From NCBI RefSeq assembly GCF_009914755.1, contig NC_060925.1: DNA of 64,000 nucleotides; one strand, written 5' to 3'. This document shows positions 1-13,400 of this stretch, in pieces. This DNA comes from the human T2T-CHM13v2.0 reference genome, Homo sapiens. A model generated the notes under the pieces. That model did not search any database and was not told the origin of the DNA. It saw nothing but the letters and a program-made list of their open reading frames with translations. The first letter of the stretch is position 1. Each line of letters opens with the position of its first letter. A program made the translations under genes and the position numbers.

Positions 1-548
1 TTACATGTCAGCAAGCTAACACAACTGTGTAATCAAGCCTGCTTTATGGGGCCTGAAATATGTGGGCAGGGGACAGAAGTCATCACTCTAACAAGGCAGA
101 GGGGAGAGGAAAGCACGCCAGCCACACCCCGATTTCTCCATGGCCAGCACCCTGGCTGCTGTGCAACCATTTGGCCAAATGAAGGGAGGATTGGGAAATT
201 ATGAGCAAATTGTGTAGCATCTGGCTTGCATTTCAGAGAGCTGGAACCAGGGAATGTCCGCATGGCACAGCAGACCTTAATCGTGGAAATCCACTCAACG
301 GCCAACCAATGCTCTGCTCCTGAAGGCCAGTGATTTCCCCTCATGGTGGCCATGAGTCCCCCCACAAGAAAACCCAACCTGTGAAAACCCAAACTTCCTG
401 AATCAATGAATGATGGAGAAATGATCTATGTTGCACAAAATGATTCTTTGTATCCATACAGATTGATATATTTGGCACTCCCTCTTCTGAGCAAAATGGA
501 AGGACAGGGACCAGATTGATCCTCCAGCTGGAAGCAAACAAGTATCTC

Positions 549-720
549 TATTCTTCAGAGATTTCCAGAGACACAGAACCAATATGATGCATATATCAAT
601 ATATACTTATGTAGAAAGAGATTTATTATAAGGAATTGGCTCACGGGATTATGGAGGCCAAGTCCTAAGATCAGCAGAATGTGTCAACAAGGACCCAGGG
701 GAGCCAATGTGTTGGTTCAA
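549..720 (-). mobile_element. MLT2 (ERVL) LTR 3' fragment
   Basis: ccagagacacagaaccaata...gagatttattataaggaattggctcacgggattatggagg resembles the reverse-complement end of MLT2 LTRs; ends approximate. Confidence 0.65.
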
Positions 721-1851
721 ATTTTTTAAAGGGACCAAATAAAAGTGGCCAAGACATGTTTGGACATCAGGCAATGAAGATCAGTGACCCCCCTGAGAGA
801 TGGGAAACAAAAGAAGCAAGCCCCAAGATCGCCCCATCTGACCACCTCCCATTGCCTACTGTGGCACAGACGGAGCACAGAGGATGGCCTCAGCTAAGGA
901 GGCTTAGCTGAGTCTTGGGAGACCAAGGCAGCAAGAGTTTGCAAGACTGGGGACCACGGAAGAGAGCTACATAGAGACAGAGAGGGCTCTGGAGATTTGC
1001 AGGTGGCCCCCTTGAGTATTCAGCTGAGAAGTGACTGGCACATGCTTGGGAGAAGATGACTCAAGTCTATAGAAAGACTCACCCAAGGATTAGAGAGAAC
1101 AGAGCCCACTGGTGGGTATGCTGCCTGTTAACACCAACTAGACTGGAAAACCTCATCATTTGTGGGACTTTGAGTCGACTACCCAGAAGAGTCTTGCTTC
1201 AATCATAGGGAATAATCAGTCCTGGACTGAGTGCCATCAACAACTTCAGCTTCCACCTTAAGAAACTAGAAAAAGAAGAGAAATCGAAACCCAAGGTAAA
1301 TAGAAGAGAGGAAATTATAAGGATCAGAGCAGAAATCAGTAACACAGGAGAAAAGTGGGGAAAAAATCAATGAAATCCAAAGTTGGTCTTTGAGAAAACC
1401 AATTAAATTGATCAACCCAATCTGAATAGCCAGACTTATCAGAATAGAAAACAGAAAATACACAAGTTACCAAAATCAGGAATGAGACAGATTCTACAGA
1501 TGAGTGAGTTTAGCAAGGCTGCATAACACAAGATCAATAGACAAAATTTAATTGTACAAACAAAAAAAATGAACAAACAATACACAATTGTGTGTCCCAA
1601 CACAATTGTAACAACAAACAATTGGAAACTGAAATTTAAAAAATAAAACCATATATAATAGCATCAAAAATAAAACATTTAAAGATAAATATTATAAAAA
1701 TGAATATTTAGGGATAAATCTAATAAAAGATGTGAAATATCTGTACACTGAAAACTACAAAACATTGCTAAGAGAAATTAAAGAAGACTTCAATAAATGG
1801 AAATATATACTGTGTCCATGGATGACAAGATGCATTATAGTTAAGATGACA

Positions 1852-2176
<325 letters not shown>

Positions 2177-3692
2177 CTATAGATTCAAGGCAATCCCATT
2201 CAAAATGACAGCAAGCTTTTTATGTAGAAATTGACAAACTGATTCTAAAATTCATATGGAAATGCATGCTAAGGACCAAAATAGCCAAAACCGTGTTGAG
2301 AAAGAACTAGCTGATGTCAAGACTTATTGTAAAGCTATGGCAATCTTGACAGTATAGCACTGATATCAGCATCAATAAATGATCAATGGAATAAAAGAGA
2401 GTTCAGAAATAGACCCACACATATATGGATAACTTGTGGGCTTTTTTTTTACAAAGGTGCAAAGACAATTTAATAGATAAAGGATAATCTTTTCAACAAA
2501 TGATACTGAAATGATTGCTTACCCACATGCAAGACAAAATAACCTTCAATTCATACCTTGCACAGCCTATAAAAATTAACTCAAAATAGGTCTCAGTTCT
2601 AAATATAAAACCTAAAAGCATAAAACCATAAAATTCCTAGCAAGAAGGCTTTGTGACCTTAAGGTGGGCAAATATTTTTTGATTTGACACCAAAATCACA
2701 ATTCATAAAGAAACAAATTGATAAATTGGATTTCACCAAAATGTAAAGCTTCTGTTCTTTGAAAGATGCTGTGAATAAAATGAAAAGACGAGCTGCAGTC
2801 TAAGAAATTACAGTTGCAATGTGTCAAAGACCTCGTTAGATAGGTCAGATATTAGACACAGGCCTTGTCTCCAGAATATATAAGAAGAATATACTTTCAA
2901 AAATAAATGACCCGACTTTTTAAAACTGGAACAATATTTGAAGTGATACTTCACCAAAAAAGATGTCCCAATGGCAAATAAGCACATGAAAAGATGCTGG
3001 AGCATCATTAGTCACTAGAGAAATGCAAATTAAAACCACAAGGAGATCCTACTACACATTGATTGGAATGTCTGAAATTGAAAAGATTGATCATAGCAAG
3101 CATTTGTGCATATGTAGAGGTACTAGAACTCTCATACGGCACTGGTAGAAATATAAAATGGCACCACTGCTTGGGAAAAAGGTTTAGAGATTCTTAAAAA
3201 GTTAACTCTACACCTACCATACGATTTAGCCATTCCACACCCACATACTTACATTTACCCAAGAGGAAATAAGTCTTAGGTGCACATGAAGACTTGTGTA
3301 CAAATATTCCTAACAGCTTTATTTATATTGGTCGCAAATTGGAAACGATCAGAATGCCCATCGTCAGGTGAAGTGATAATAAATCCTGGCATATCTGGAA
3401 TACTACTCAGTAATAAAAATTGAACTACCGATACATGCCGCAACATGAATGAATGTCAGAATAATTAAGTTTAATGAAAGAAGCAAGACCTACCCCCAAT
3501 AAAAGAGTGCGTCCTGTATGATTCCAGTTCTATAAAATTCTACAAAATACTAACTAATCCATAGTGACTGAAAGCAGATCAGTGGTGGTGCCCAGGAAGA
3601 GTGAGGGAAGGGAACGTGGGAGGGGCTACAAATGACCAGGAGGAAGTTTGCAGGGATGACAAACATGTTCATTATTATTATCATTGCAGTAG

Positions 3693-4086
3693 TGTATTTG
3701 TTCACAAGGGCTGCCACAACAAAGTACCTCAGACTGAATGGCTTCGACAACACAGATTTATTTTCTCTGTCTTGAAGGCTAGAAGCTCAGAATCAAAGTG
3801 TCAGCAGGGTTGGTTCCTTCCGAGGCCTCTCTTTCTGGTGTATAGGTGGTTGTCTTCTCCCATGCCTTCTCATCTTCCCTCTGTGTGTGTCTGTGCCCTA
3901 ATCTCCTCTTCTATGAGAACATCAGTCATATGGGAAAAGAGGTCTACCCAATAACCTCATTTTAACTTACTTGCCTCTTTAAAGACCGTATCTCCAAATA
4001 CAGTCACACTCTCAGGTACTAAGAGAGTACCTGAGACTCTCTTTTTGTCTCAACAGATGTCCAGGTGGGAGGACACAGTTCAGCCG
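3693..4086 (-). mobile_element. MLT1A/B (MaLR) solo LTR inserted in the L1 3'UTR
   Basis: tgtatt...gggctgccacaacaaagtacctcagactg...aaagaccgtatctccaaatacagtcacac; L1 3'UTR resumes at ~4087. Confidence 0.85.
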
Positions 4087-4989
4087 TTGTACACCTTGAA
4101 TATGTGTAGTTTATTCTATGCTAATTACACCTCAATAAAGCTTTTTTTAAATTAAAAAAAGATTACTTTCTAATTGTTTTATTGTGTTTGTTTAATAAGG
4201 AACTCTTTCATTGCATGGGATTTGGTTCATCAAAGTATGGTTTGAACATAGTTGTTAAGGAATGAAATTGCTTCATATAAAAGCCTGTCTGTATCTTTTC
4301 CCCATTTCTTTGTAACTTCTCATGCTTTGTTGTACTATCTTAACCCTTGGAGACTGAACGGCGTTCTGTTGCATATAGAAGACGAGGATGGTCAGAACTC
4401 TCTGTGGTCCTGAAAAAGAAGAGATGGAGGAGGAAGGAAGCTGTTTCTGCACTCAACTTGGGCTAGCAGGGCTGTCTCTTGCTAAGGCCTCAGCTTTGCT
4501 TCTCAGATGCCATGGTAGCTAAACAATCTCCCTGAGAGTCTTCACTGGCCCAAATCAAGGATGTATAACTCCCCTGCTAGTGATTTATGATTCCTAGAAA
4601 GGAGAGCTAAGCTCACCATCATCCTTAATTGTTTTCTAAAAATGCCCACCTTCAATCTGTCTACAAATGTCCAGAGGTGCCTGACATCACAATCATTTTC
4701 AAGAAGACTGGAAAAGGTGTTTTGCAGAGTTTGCCTCTTCTATCAGTCCTTCCCTGAAGAAGTCTCTGCTTTCTAGTTTGCCTCAGGAAACACAGGGCAT
4801 TTAAGGACCTCCTTTCAGGTGGTGCTAGGTCTCAGAAAAATGAGTGGGCCTGGGGAAGAAGGGCACCATCAAATTCAGATGGGTAAGTCAACAAGGACAG
4901 CCCTTTCTGCAGCAGCCCCTACCCTGTGGCTCCATCTCATTATGTTGTTCATTTCCTGCGTGACATGTAGCAAAATATGCCAGTGTCAC

Positions 4990-5113
4990 GTGCTGGAATC
5001 TAAGCCCTATAAAAACAGGGACCTTGTTTTTCTCATCTGTTGGTGTATCCCAAATACCTAGCAAAACCTGACATATGGCAGACACTCCATAAATGTTTGT
5101 TAAATGAGTAAAT
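4990..5113 (+). mobile_element. L2 3' end fragment
   Basis: gaatctaagccctat...cagggaccttgt...cataaatgtttgttaaatgagtaaat. Confidence 0.65.
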
Positions 5114-7025
5114 TGGGCTGTAAACTCTTATGGGAAGCCCTGAACCACTGGTATGCTGCAGCCTGGACAGAGTCCATTTGTTGTTTCCCCTTTACTTATA
5201 GCAGGAGGCTTAAAATTTGCTTTAGAAGATGCCTGGGATGTCCAGGGGTGGATACATGGGCCCTTGACCCATAACTCATTTCTCCCTGTTTCATAGATGG
5301 CGGTTCCATGAAATTTTTTGTCTCAAAGAAGGTATATCACTATTTTTGAAATATCTACAACCCACCAATCTGAACTTGAGAAAGAAATCATACCCTTTTA
5401 GATTGTATTTACTTGCAAAGCTAAAGTGACGGCAACCTTCAAGATGGTATTCTCTTCAAGATACTCACAAATGCAGTCTAAAAACATTCTCAGTATTACT
5501 CCACGTTAAGGAAGTTTTACAAATCAATGGATTTCTTGACTCTAGAGTCTGAGGTAGGAGGTTGGACAAGACAGTCTCCAAGTTCTTAAATTTGTTTGTT
5601 TGTTTTTCTTATTTCATGGGAACCTCAGTCACCTCCTCTGCTTTCATCAAAGGCTGTGTGAGACAATTATAATGCTGCCCAGATATAAAGCAAATGAGAA
5701 CAAAAGAGGTGGCAGAGGCAGCTGAAAGGAAACGTGGCTGCCTGCAGAGAATGGGATGGGTGGAAGTTGGCAGTGATGACAAGGTAGGTGCATGGTGCTA
5801 GAGAGCCAGGAATCCATGAATACAGAAAACAGGGAGAGACAGCTGGCTTCATGTTCCAAAAGCAAGTGGCTCCTTGTTTTCCCATGCTTCTCCTCTGTAA
5901 TGAGCAATTTGAAATTTTCCCAAGAGCCCGTTTCATCTCGTAACAGCTCAGATCATGTCTCCTTTCTGGTTAATAAAATCCAAGGCTACTGCACGATGTG
6001 GCATCTTTCATGGGACACACTACTCATCTAATATCTCTGTGATGATGGAGTGGAGCTGGGCTACGCTTCTCTCTCTCCCACTCAGTCCTGCTGCAGGGCG
6101 GTACATGTTTGTGGGACAAGGTGCCCCCAACACAATACACAGGACAAGATTCTAGCATTGGCTCCTGGACCCTCTAAACATTTGAAAAGTAGAATATTTG
6201 GTGCTGAAAATTGGGCATGAGCAGCCCTCTGAGATGGGCCAAGTCCCCACCATAAAGGCAAGGGTTGTTGTGTCCAGATGGGAGCTTAATCTCTGCAAAT
6301 ATAAGATCTAGTCTTCCAGTAGAGAATGACTGGCTGACTGCTGAGTTTTATCCCCCACGAGCATTATTCTTTGTAGTCCCAGTAAAATGAGAGAGGCCAG
6401 TAATTACCAGCAGGCAGAGTGGCACATGCAAGATTCCTGTTGGGAAAATGCTGAAAGGCTGCCCTTGAAAACCCTCCCTGAAGAGCTATTCTGGTGCCAA
6501 CCCTCCTAAGACCTCAGATCTTTCAACACAACTTGAGTACTATTTGATCTCATCTCCTCCACCGCATCCCAGACCCATCTGCATGAGTCCTGCCTAGGCT
6601 GACCCAGCCTCTACTGGGACAGGCCTTGTTGGGTGGCCTATTCCTACTTTGAACTGTTCAGACTTTGAGAAATCCCTTCCTTTTGACAGATGGAGGTCTA
6701 CTTCTCTGAAACCTCTAAGGTCACACATAGAAATGGTTTATTTCCTGTCTGTAAAAATATACACCCAACATTCAAACAATCCTACTCTTCTGTTGCAAGA
6801 TAAACATGTCTTGCTGCTTCATCCCTTTTTAGAACCTAATCAGCTTTATAAATGACGTAGTTAAATGTGGTATTAAACACTCAACAGGTCACAAGTATGT
6901 CTGACCCATATGAAATACAGTGAGACCACACACTCCCAGGTTCTGGATGCTCCAATTCAAGTGCTTTCTGGCCTGTCATTTCCAGAATCTGTTTTTTTCT
7001 CTGATTTGAAATTGAAATATTCTCT

Positions 7026-7620
7026 CTCTCTCTCTGTTTTTTTCTAAGTTCTGGGGTACATGTGCAGGTTTGTTACATAGGTAAATGTGTGCCATGGTGG
7101 TTTGCTGCACCTATCAACCCGTCACTTAGGTATAAAGCTCAGCATGCGTTAGCTATTTTTCCAGATTCTCTCCCTTCTCCAGTCCCTCAACAGGGTCCAG
7201 TGTGAGTTGTTCCCCTCCCTGTGTCCATGTGTTCTCATTGCTCAGCTCCCACTTATAAGTGAGAACAGGCAGCGTTTGGTTTTCTGTTCCTGCATTAGTT
7301 TGCTGAGGATAATGGCTTCCAGCTTCATTCATATCCCTGCAAAAGACATGATGTCATTCCTTTTTATGGCTGCATAGAATCCCATGGGGTATATGTACCA
7401 CATTTTCTTTATCCAGTCTGTCATTGATGGGCATTTGTGTTGATTCCATGTCTTTGCTATTGTGAATAGTGCTGCAATGAACATATGAGTGAATGTTTTT
7501 TTATAATAGAATGATTTATATTCCTTTGGGTATATACCCAGTAATAGGACTGGTAGGTCAAGTGGTATTTCTGGTTCTAGATCTTTGAGGAATTGCCACA
7601 CTGTATTCCACAATGTTTGA
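7026..7620 (-). mobile_element. L1PA8-like 3' end (non-inverted part of a twin-primed L1)
   Basis: Reverse-complement L1PA 3'UTR after a (CT)n/T tail; ORF 7329..7613(-) is the ORF2 C-terminus ([16 protein letters not shown]...). Confidence 0.95.
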
Positions 7621-8190
7621 AACCCAAAACTATAAAAACTCTGGAAGAAAATCTAGGCAATACCATTCAGGACATAGGCACTGGTAAAGATTTCATGACG
7701 AAATTGCCAAAAGCAATTGCAACAAAAGCAAAAATTGACAAACAGGATCTAATTAAACTAGAGAGCTTCTGCACAGCAAAAAAAAAAAAAAAAAAAAAAA
7801 AATCAGAGTGAATAGGCAACCTACAGAGTGGGAGAAAACTTTTGCAATCTATCCATCTGAAAAAGGTCTAATATCCAGAGTCTACAAGAAACATACACAA
7901 ATTTACAAGAAAAAAACAAACAACCCCATTAAAAAGTGGGCAAAGGACATGAGCAGACACTTCTCAAAATAAGACATTCATGCAGCCAACAAACATATGG
8001 AAAAAAGCTCAATATCACTGATCATTAGAGAAATGCAAATGCAAATCAAAACCACAATGAGATACCATCTCATGCCAGTCAGAATGGCGGTTATTTAAAA
8101 AGTCAAGAAACAACAGATGCTGGTGAGGTTGTGAAGAAACAGGAATGCTTCTACATTGTTGGTGGGAATGTAAGTTAGTTCAACCACTAT
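7621..8190 (+). mobile_element. Inverted 5' segment of the same L1PA (ORF2 fragment)
   Basis: [28 protein letters not shown]...; ends at ttagttcaaccact, the L1 position where the minus segment begins. Confidence 0.93.
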
Positions 8191-9222
8191 GAAACATTTT
8201 CTTATCTCTATTTTTCTGGAACCTCTATTATTCCATGATTCCTCAGATCTCGAGTGCTGTCTATAATTAAACTGCAGCCTCTGTGCTCTAATGTGACTGG
8301 CTGAGAACTCAGAGGCATAAATTGACCCAAGCAAAGCACTCAGGTGTTCTTTCTCCTGCTTAAGTCAAAGCATCATACACAGGTTCCTTTTACTTTCAAA
8401 TGAAATTCATCAGGACAAACTTTCTACTCACCCATTTCACTGATGATAAAAGCAGGTCACAGCATCATAGCAATTCCCAAAGGCCCGAGGCCAGTTGGTA
8501 ATGGACTCTTTATCATAACCCAAACCTTCAAGCTCCCAGCACTGAGCCTCATCACTAGGAAGAATGATCCTTCACCATTCAGAAATACCCCTCCCATGGG
8601 GGCTGCTGCAGACACAGAAGGCAGCTGTCAATCATGATCACTATCCTTGGTGGGGAGGGTGAATGATGTGGCCCCAATAAGGGAACATTTGGAGATTGCA
8701 GGTAAGGACTGAGCCTAGGGGTGAAAAGGGGGCTTCTGCTCTCTGAACTCTCCCAGGCCTCCCGGCTCTGCCCCAGGGGTCAGGAAATATCACTCCTCGG
8801 GACACAGGGAGAATATTGTCTCTGGATAATACAGTTCTAAAAGACAGCCCCTAGTTGGTCCCTCCCTGTGCCAGCACTGGGGCAGCAGCCTCTGAAAACA
8901 AATGAGTCATACCATGCAGGCTGCAATGGGGCCCGAAGGTGACAGGAACCAGGACTTTCCAGTGACTTTTATGTCCCCTTTCAGAATGGCTGTAAAGAAA
9001 ACAAGACATAAAATGCCTCCCCTGTATAATTTGCTGGTTTATAGGTGGTTTCGTCACTTTTTAAATGGCTACCCAAGGTGCTCTTTACAGTCCCCTTATG
9101 ACTGGTAATGAAAGCTCCAGGAAGAGCCCAGAGAGCCCAGGAAATAAGGAGGTTCCCACTCCCTGCTGCCCTGTGGCCAGGCGGCGGTGAGGGGCTGCAG
9201 GGTGGGCCCCGTCCTCAGGGCA

Positions 9223-9311
9223 TGCAGTTCTGCTCACCCTGCATGCTGCCTGCAGTTCTGCTCACCCTGCATGCTGCCTGCAGTTCTGCTCACCCTGCAT
9301 GCTGCCTGCAG
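9223..9311. repeat. 28-bp tandem repeat, 3 perfect copies plus 5 bp
   Basis: TGCAGTTCTGCTCACCCTGCATGCTGCC at 9223, 9251 and 9279. Confidence 0.97.
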
Positions 9312-9818
9312 CTTCTAATATACGGTCCTAGGGTTCAATCCGTTCCCATCCCACAAACCCCCAAAGGAAAGACAAATGAAGCACCCTCAAAGGTGAATTT
9401 AGACCTGAAAGGCTGTACACGTGTGAAGATGCACATCTATAAATACAGCAAGGCGGATAAAGAGATGGTGGTGGAGGCGGCACACACTCCATCCTGTGTC
9501 ACCTTGGCTTCCTCCTCCTTCCTGACGCTCCGTGATGTGCCTCTTAGCACCTACACGAAGGCACCATCGTTTTGCTGATTTGGTGCTTGCGTAGTTATTT
9601 TTTATATATATAAATAGGGATGGAAATCATTGAAAAATTTTACTAGTAAGTAATTTAAATATTTAGGCCACTGGCAAGGATTTGTCATTATTTTTATGTT
9701 TATATTCATTTATTACTATATTAAATTTAACTTATTTTAATAGCAATTAAATTCAATTAATACTAATGTCTTGTGTCCCCAGATATATTAAATGGTAAAC
9801 TATTAAATTACTTTTACA

Positions 9819-11045
9819 TTTGAAAAAAGGGTCGGCTCATGGGAAGTTGCCAAAATAGCAGAGAGGTTCCAAGTCCCCTTCCCCCAGCTTTTCCAGCGGT
9901 TTCACTGTTGATCATTATAATCCAAAGCTCAGCACAGGAAACTAACACAGGTGCCATCTGCAGACCCTTACGAAGATCTCACCATTTTCTCCATACACTC
10001 TTGTGTGTGCATGTGTGTCTATGTGCACATGTGCACACATGCATATGTGTGTGCAGGTGTGTGTCTGTGTCTGTGTGCATGTGTGTGTCTGTATGTGCTT
10101 GTGCACACATGTCTATGTATCTGTAGTCATGTGTGTACATGTGTGTCTGTGTCTCTGTGTTTGCATGTGTATGTCTGTGTGTACTTGTGTGCAGATGTCT
10201 ATGTGTATATCTGTATTCATGTGTGTACATGTGGGTCTGTATTTGTTTCTGTGTTTGCATGTGTGTGTCTGTGTGTGCTTGTGTGCAGATGTCTATGTGT
10301 ATATCTGTATTCATGTGTGTACATGTGGGTCTGTATTTGTTTCTGTGTTTGCATGTGTGTGTCTGTGTGTGCTTGTGTGCAGATGTCTATGTGTATATCT
10401 GTATTCATGTGTGTACATGTGGGTCTGTATTTGTTTCTGTGTTTGCATGTGTGTGTCTGTGTGTGCTTGTGTGCAGCTATGTGTATATCTGTATTCATTT
10501 GTGTACCAGTGTGTCTGTATGTGTCTCTGTGTGTGCATGTGTGTGTCTGTGTGTGCATGTGTGTGCCTGTATGTGCTTGCGTGCACATGTCTATGTGTAT
10601 ATTTATTCATGTGTGTGGACATGTGTGTCTATGTGTGTGTACGTCTCTGTGTCTGTGTACACATGTGTATATCTGTGTCAGCATGTCTGTGTATATGTGC
10701 TTATGTGTCTATGTGTATTTGTGTGTATGCACACACATGCATATCTCTGTGTTTGTACATGTGTGCCTCTATGTGTATCTCTGTGTGTGTATATGTGTGT
10801 GTGTGCATGTTTTTATCTATGTGTGTATGTCTGAATGTGTATGTGTCCGTCTTTACATATGTGTCTCTTTGTGTCTACATGTGTCTCTGTGTGTACATGC
10901 ATGTACCTGCATGTGTCTCCATGCATGTTCACATGTGTCTGTGTGTTCATGTTTGTATTTCTATACAATTTCATCATATGTGTAGACTGCTAGAACTGTC
11001 CCAGTGCAGCTACAGATGGTTTCATCACTCTAAGACTCCTCCTGA
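9819..11045 (-). mobile_element. L1MC/L1MD 3' end fragment split by an expanded TG-rich satellite
   Basis: gggaagttgccaaaatagcagagaggttcc...aggaaactaacac...cagacccttacgaagatctcacc before the TG tract; ttctatacaatttcatcatatgtgtagac after it. Confidence 0.65.
10002..10955. repeat. Cryptic (TG)n-rich satellite with a 94-bp higher-order unit
   Basis: gcagatgtctatgtg... recurs at 10191, 10285 and 10379, and gcag again at 10473 (period 94); degenerate copies on both sides. Confidence 0.95.
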
Positions 11046-12399
11046 GACATCTGGCTGTACTTTGTGTGTTTGTTCACTCAGATGCCCTTGAGGACCCGCT
11101 CACCTGCCTACTCATACCACATGGCCAGCACTCATGTGGCGCTTCCGCAGGGCAGGGCCCACCATGTTTGTTGAATGAATGATCCTCTACTTAGACATGG
11201 ACAATCTGAAGGTAACACTGTGAATGACAAGCCAGGTTCCTCCCAAGGCTGGTGCGTAGTGTGAGGCAAGGTGAGGGTGGATACTGGACTCCCTGACCTC
11301 AGAGCAGCCCCCCAAGGCCCATCCACTCCACCTCATCCCACCCCCATACAGGATACGACAAGAGGGACATTTCATGATTGGGGGACAATTTCCCAGGGCC
11401 AACTAACTCTCAGGTACAGAACATTACGATGACTTCCAAGTAACCCATCCCTCTGGGGGCCTCTGGGCTTCCGAAGAGTGATGAGGAGGAAGAAGTGCAG
11501 AGCCCTGCAGACAGCCTGTGCTCTGTTCCTAATAACTGCCCATCTCCACATTCCCAATCAAGCAGCCCCTGGGGAATGTCTTCAGAGCTGCTCTAGGTGG
11601 GGGTCCCATCAAAGCAGCACCACTTGGACCATAGTGTTGGAACCCCCAGACAAACATCACCCCTCCAGGCCTTTACCCAGGTCATCTGTAAGGGGACATA
11701 GCCCTCTTATCAGGGTCCTGGACCAGAATCCCTAGACATGGCCTGACCCTCTCAGTTCCGTTCCCCCCCTTTTCCTCCTTCTCCAGCCTGCCTACTACCC
11801 TGATTCCTGTCCCACTATGGCCTGGGCTTTCTCCAGCACCCAGAGACTGGGGTACATGGCTTTTCCCTGTGGCTCTCAAACCAGTTGATGGTTTTCAGAT
11901 CTCCATGGCCATCGTGTCCATGGCAACAGCAGCTTTCAGCTCTCCCACCTCAGTGGTTCTTTCTGATAATGGTTTCCAAAAGGTACAAAGACCACTGGCC
12001 TTTTCTGGGCCTCAAATGCCCCCTGAGATCACAGCTGGGCCAGGCAAGCAGAGGCTACCCTTAGAGACACCATCCAGCCCGGGACCCTAAAATGCACCAA
12101 AGCTTGCCAGAAAAAAACGCCAGTCTCCAGGGTGAGGCAGTGCAGTGGGGGCTCCATCAGTGGGCAGGGGCTGGCTATTGGGATTTCCTCACTCCTGGTG
12201 GGAGGGAACAGATCTGGTCCTGATGGTCATTTCTAGGGTGGCCTCTTTGACTCTAGCTGCAGATGCCAGAGCTGAGAAAGAGCTAGACCCAAAGTGCCAA
12301 AAACATCAGTGAGGGTTCCCCTAAGTTCCACCCCTAGAGGAGGTCAGGGGCGATCTCTGATCTGCAGCCCACAGCTCTCTGCCCAACCCCGACAATGGC

Positions 12400-12553
12400 A
12401 CCTGACACCTGAAGCTTCGTGAGTGCTGAGACCACGTTCTGTCTGTCTTTGCACCCTTGTCACCCAGCCTCTCGTCGGATATTCACAACATTCAGAAAAC
12501 TAGTTGTTGAATGGATGAAAGCATTAATGAGTCAACCAATTAGTGAATGAATT
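12400..12553 (+). mobile_element. L2 3' end fragment
   Basis: gaagcttcgtgag...gttctgtctgtc...gttgttgaatggatgaa. Confidence 0.5.
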
Positions 12554-13289
12554 CACAGAACATTGGGACTAAAATGACCCCTGTGGATATTAAGTGGACA
12601 TTGAGGCTGTCCCCCTACCCTCCACATCTCCCCTCCCCCGGACCCTTCACAAGAATTCCCAAGAACTTGATCTTCGCTATGTGGGAATCTCCAATCTCTG
12701 CAGGAGGGATTTGCTGCCTTCCTGTGACACTCACTCCATCCCGGGGACACTAAGCATTATAAAGCTATTCTTTATGCTAAGCCCAATCTAACGCATTCAG
12801 ACTCAAAGCCACTGAAGTTCAGGGAAGACATAATTGTGTCGTTTGATTTGTTCACCAAAGAGCAGGTCAGATGGAAAGGTTACTGTCCTCTTAAAAATAT
12901 TCTGACAACAAATTTTTTAAAATTTTAATGTTATCATTTTGCCTTTTTGGAGAAAGGGTTTCTATTTATCAGCGATGATTAAACACTTCTGAAATCTGGA
13001 ATTACTGACTTTGACCTTTTCTTTATCGGCAGGTAATAAAACGAATGGGCAGATGACAGAAATGTAATTTGAGGATTACAAAATTTATGAGGAGGCAGCA
13101 CGTTGGGGAGGAAAGTGACTATGATTTGAGTGCTAGCAAGGGATGTGGAGAAAGGGAAGATTTAACCAAAATTGTTTCCTTGGACTCTCAGCTTTAGAAA
13201 TGAAGATGTCAGTGTTTGTGCCCCATCCACTGCCCGGCGCAGTAAAGAAGAGCTCACTGGATGTTTGTGAATAAGGAAGGGGAGAGGGG

Positions 13290-13400
13290 AATGACCCCAT
13301 TGTAGGGCAACAATGGAGAATAAATGAGATGATCCCCATAAAACATTGAGTTCAGACCCGACATGGATCCAGCATTCAGCAAATATTGGCTATTATTATT
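13290..13400 (+). mobile_element. MIR 3' fragment
   Basis: gaataaatgagatgat...cattcagcaaatattggctattattatt. Confidence 0.6.

Noticed and set aside
9951-11091. Long Cys/Val-rich ORFs (344, 362, 233 aa) and His/Thr-rich antisense ORFs
   Set aside because: Translation of a TG satellite that lacks stop codons; open in several frames at once
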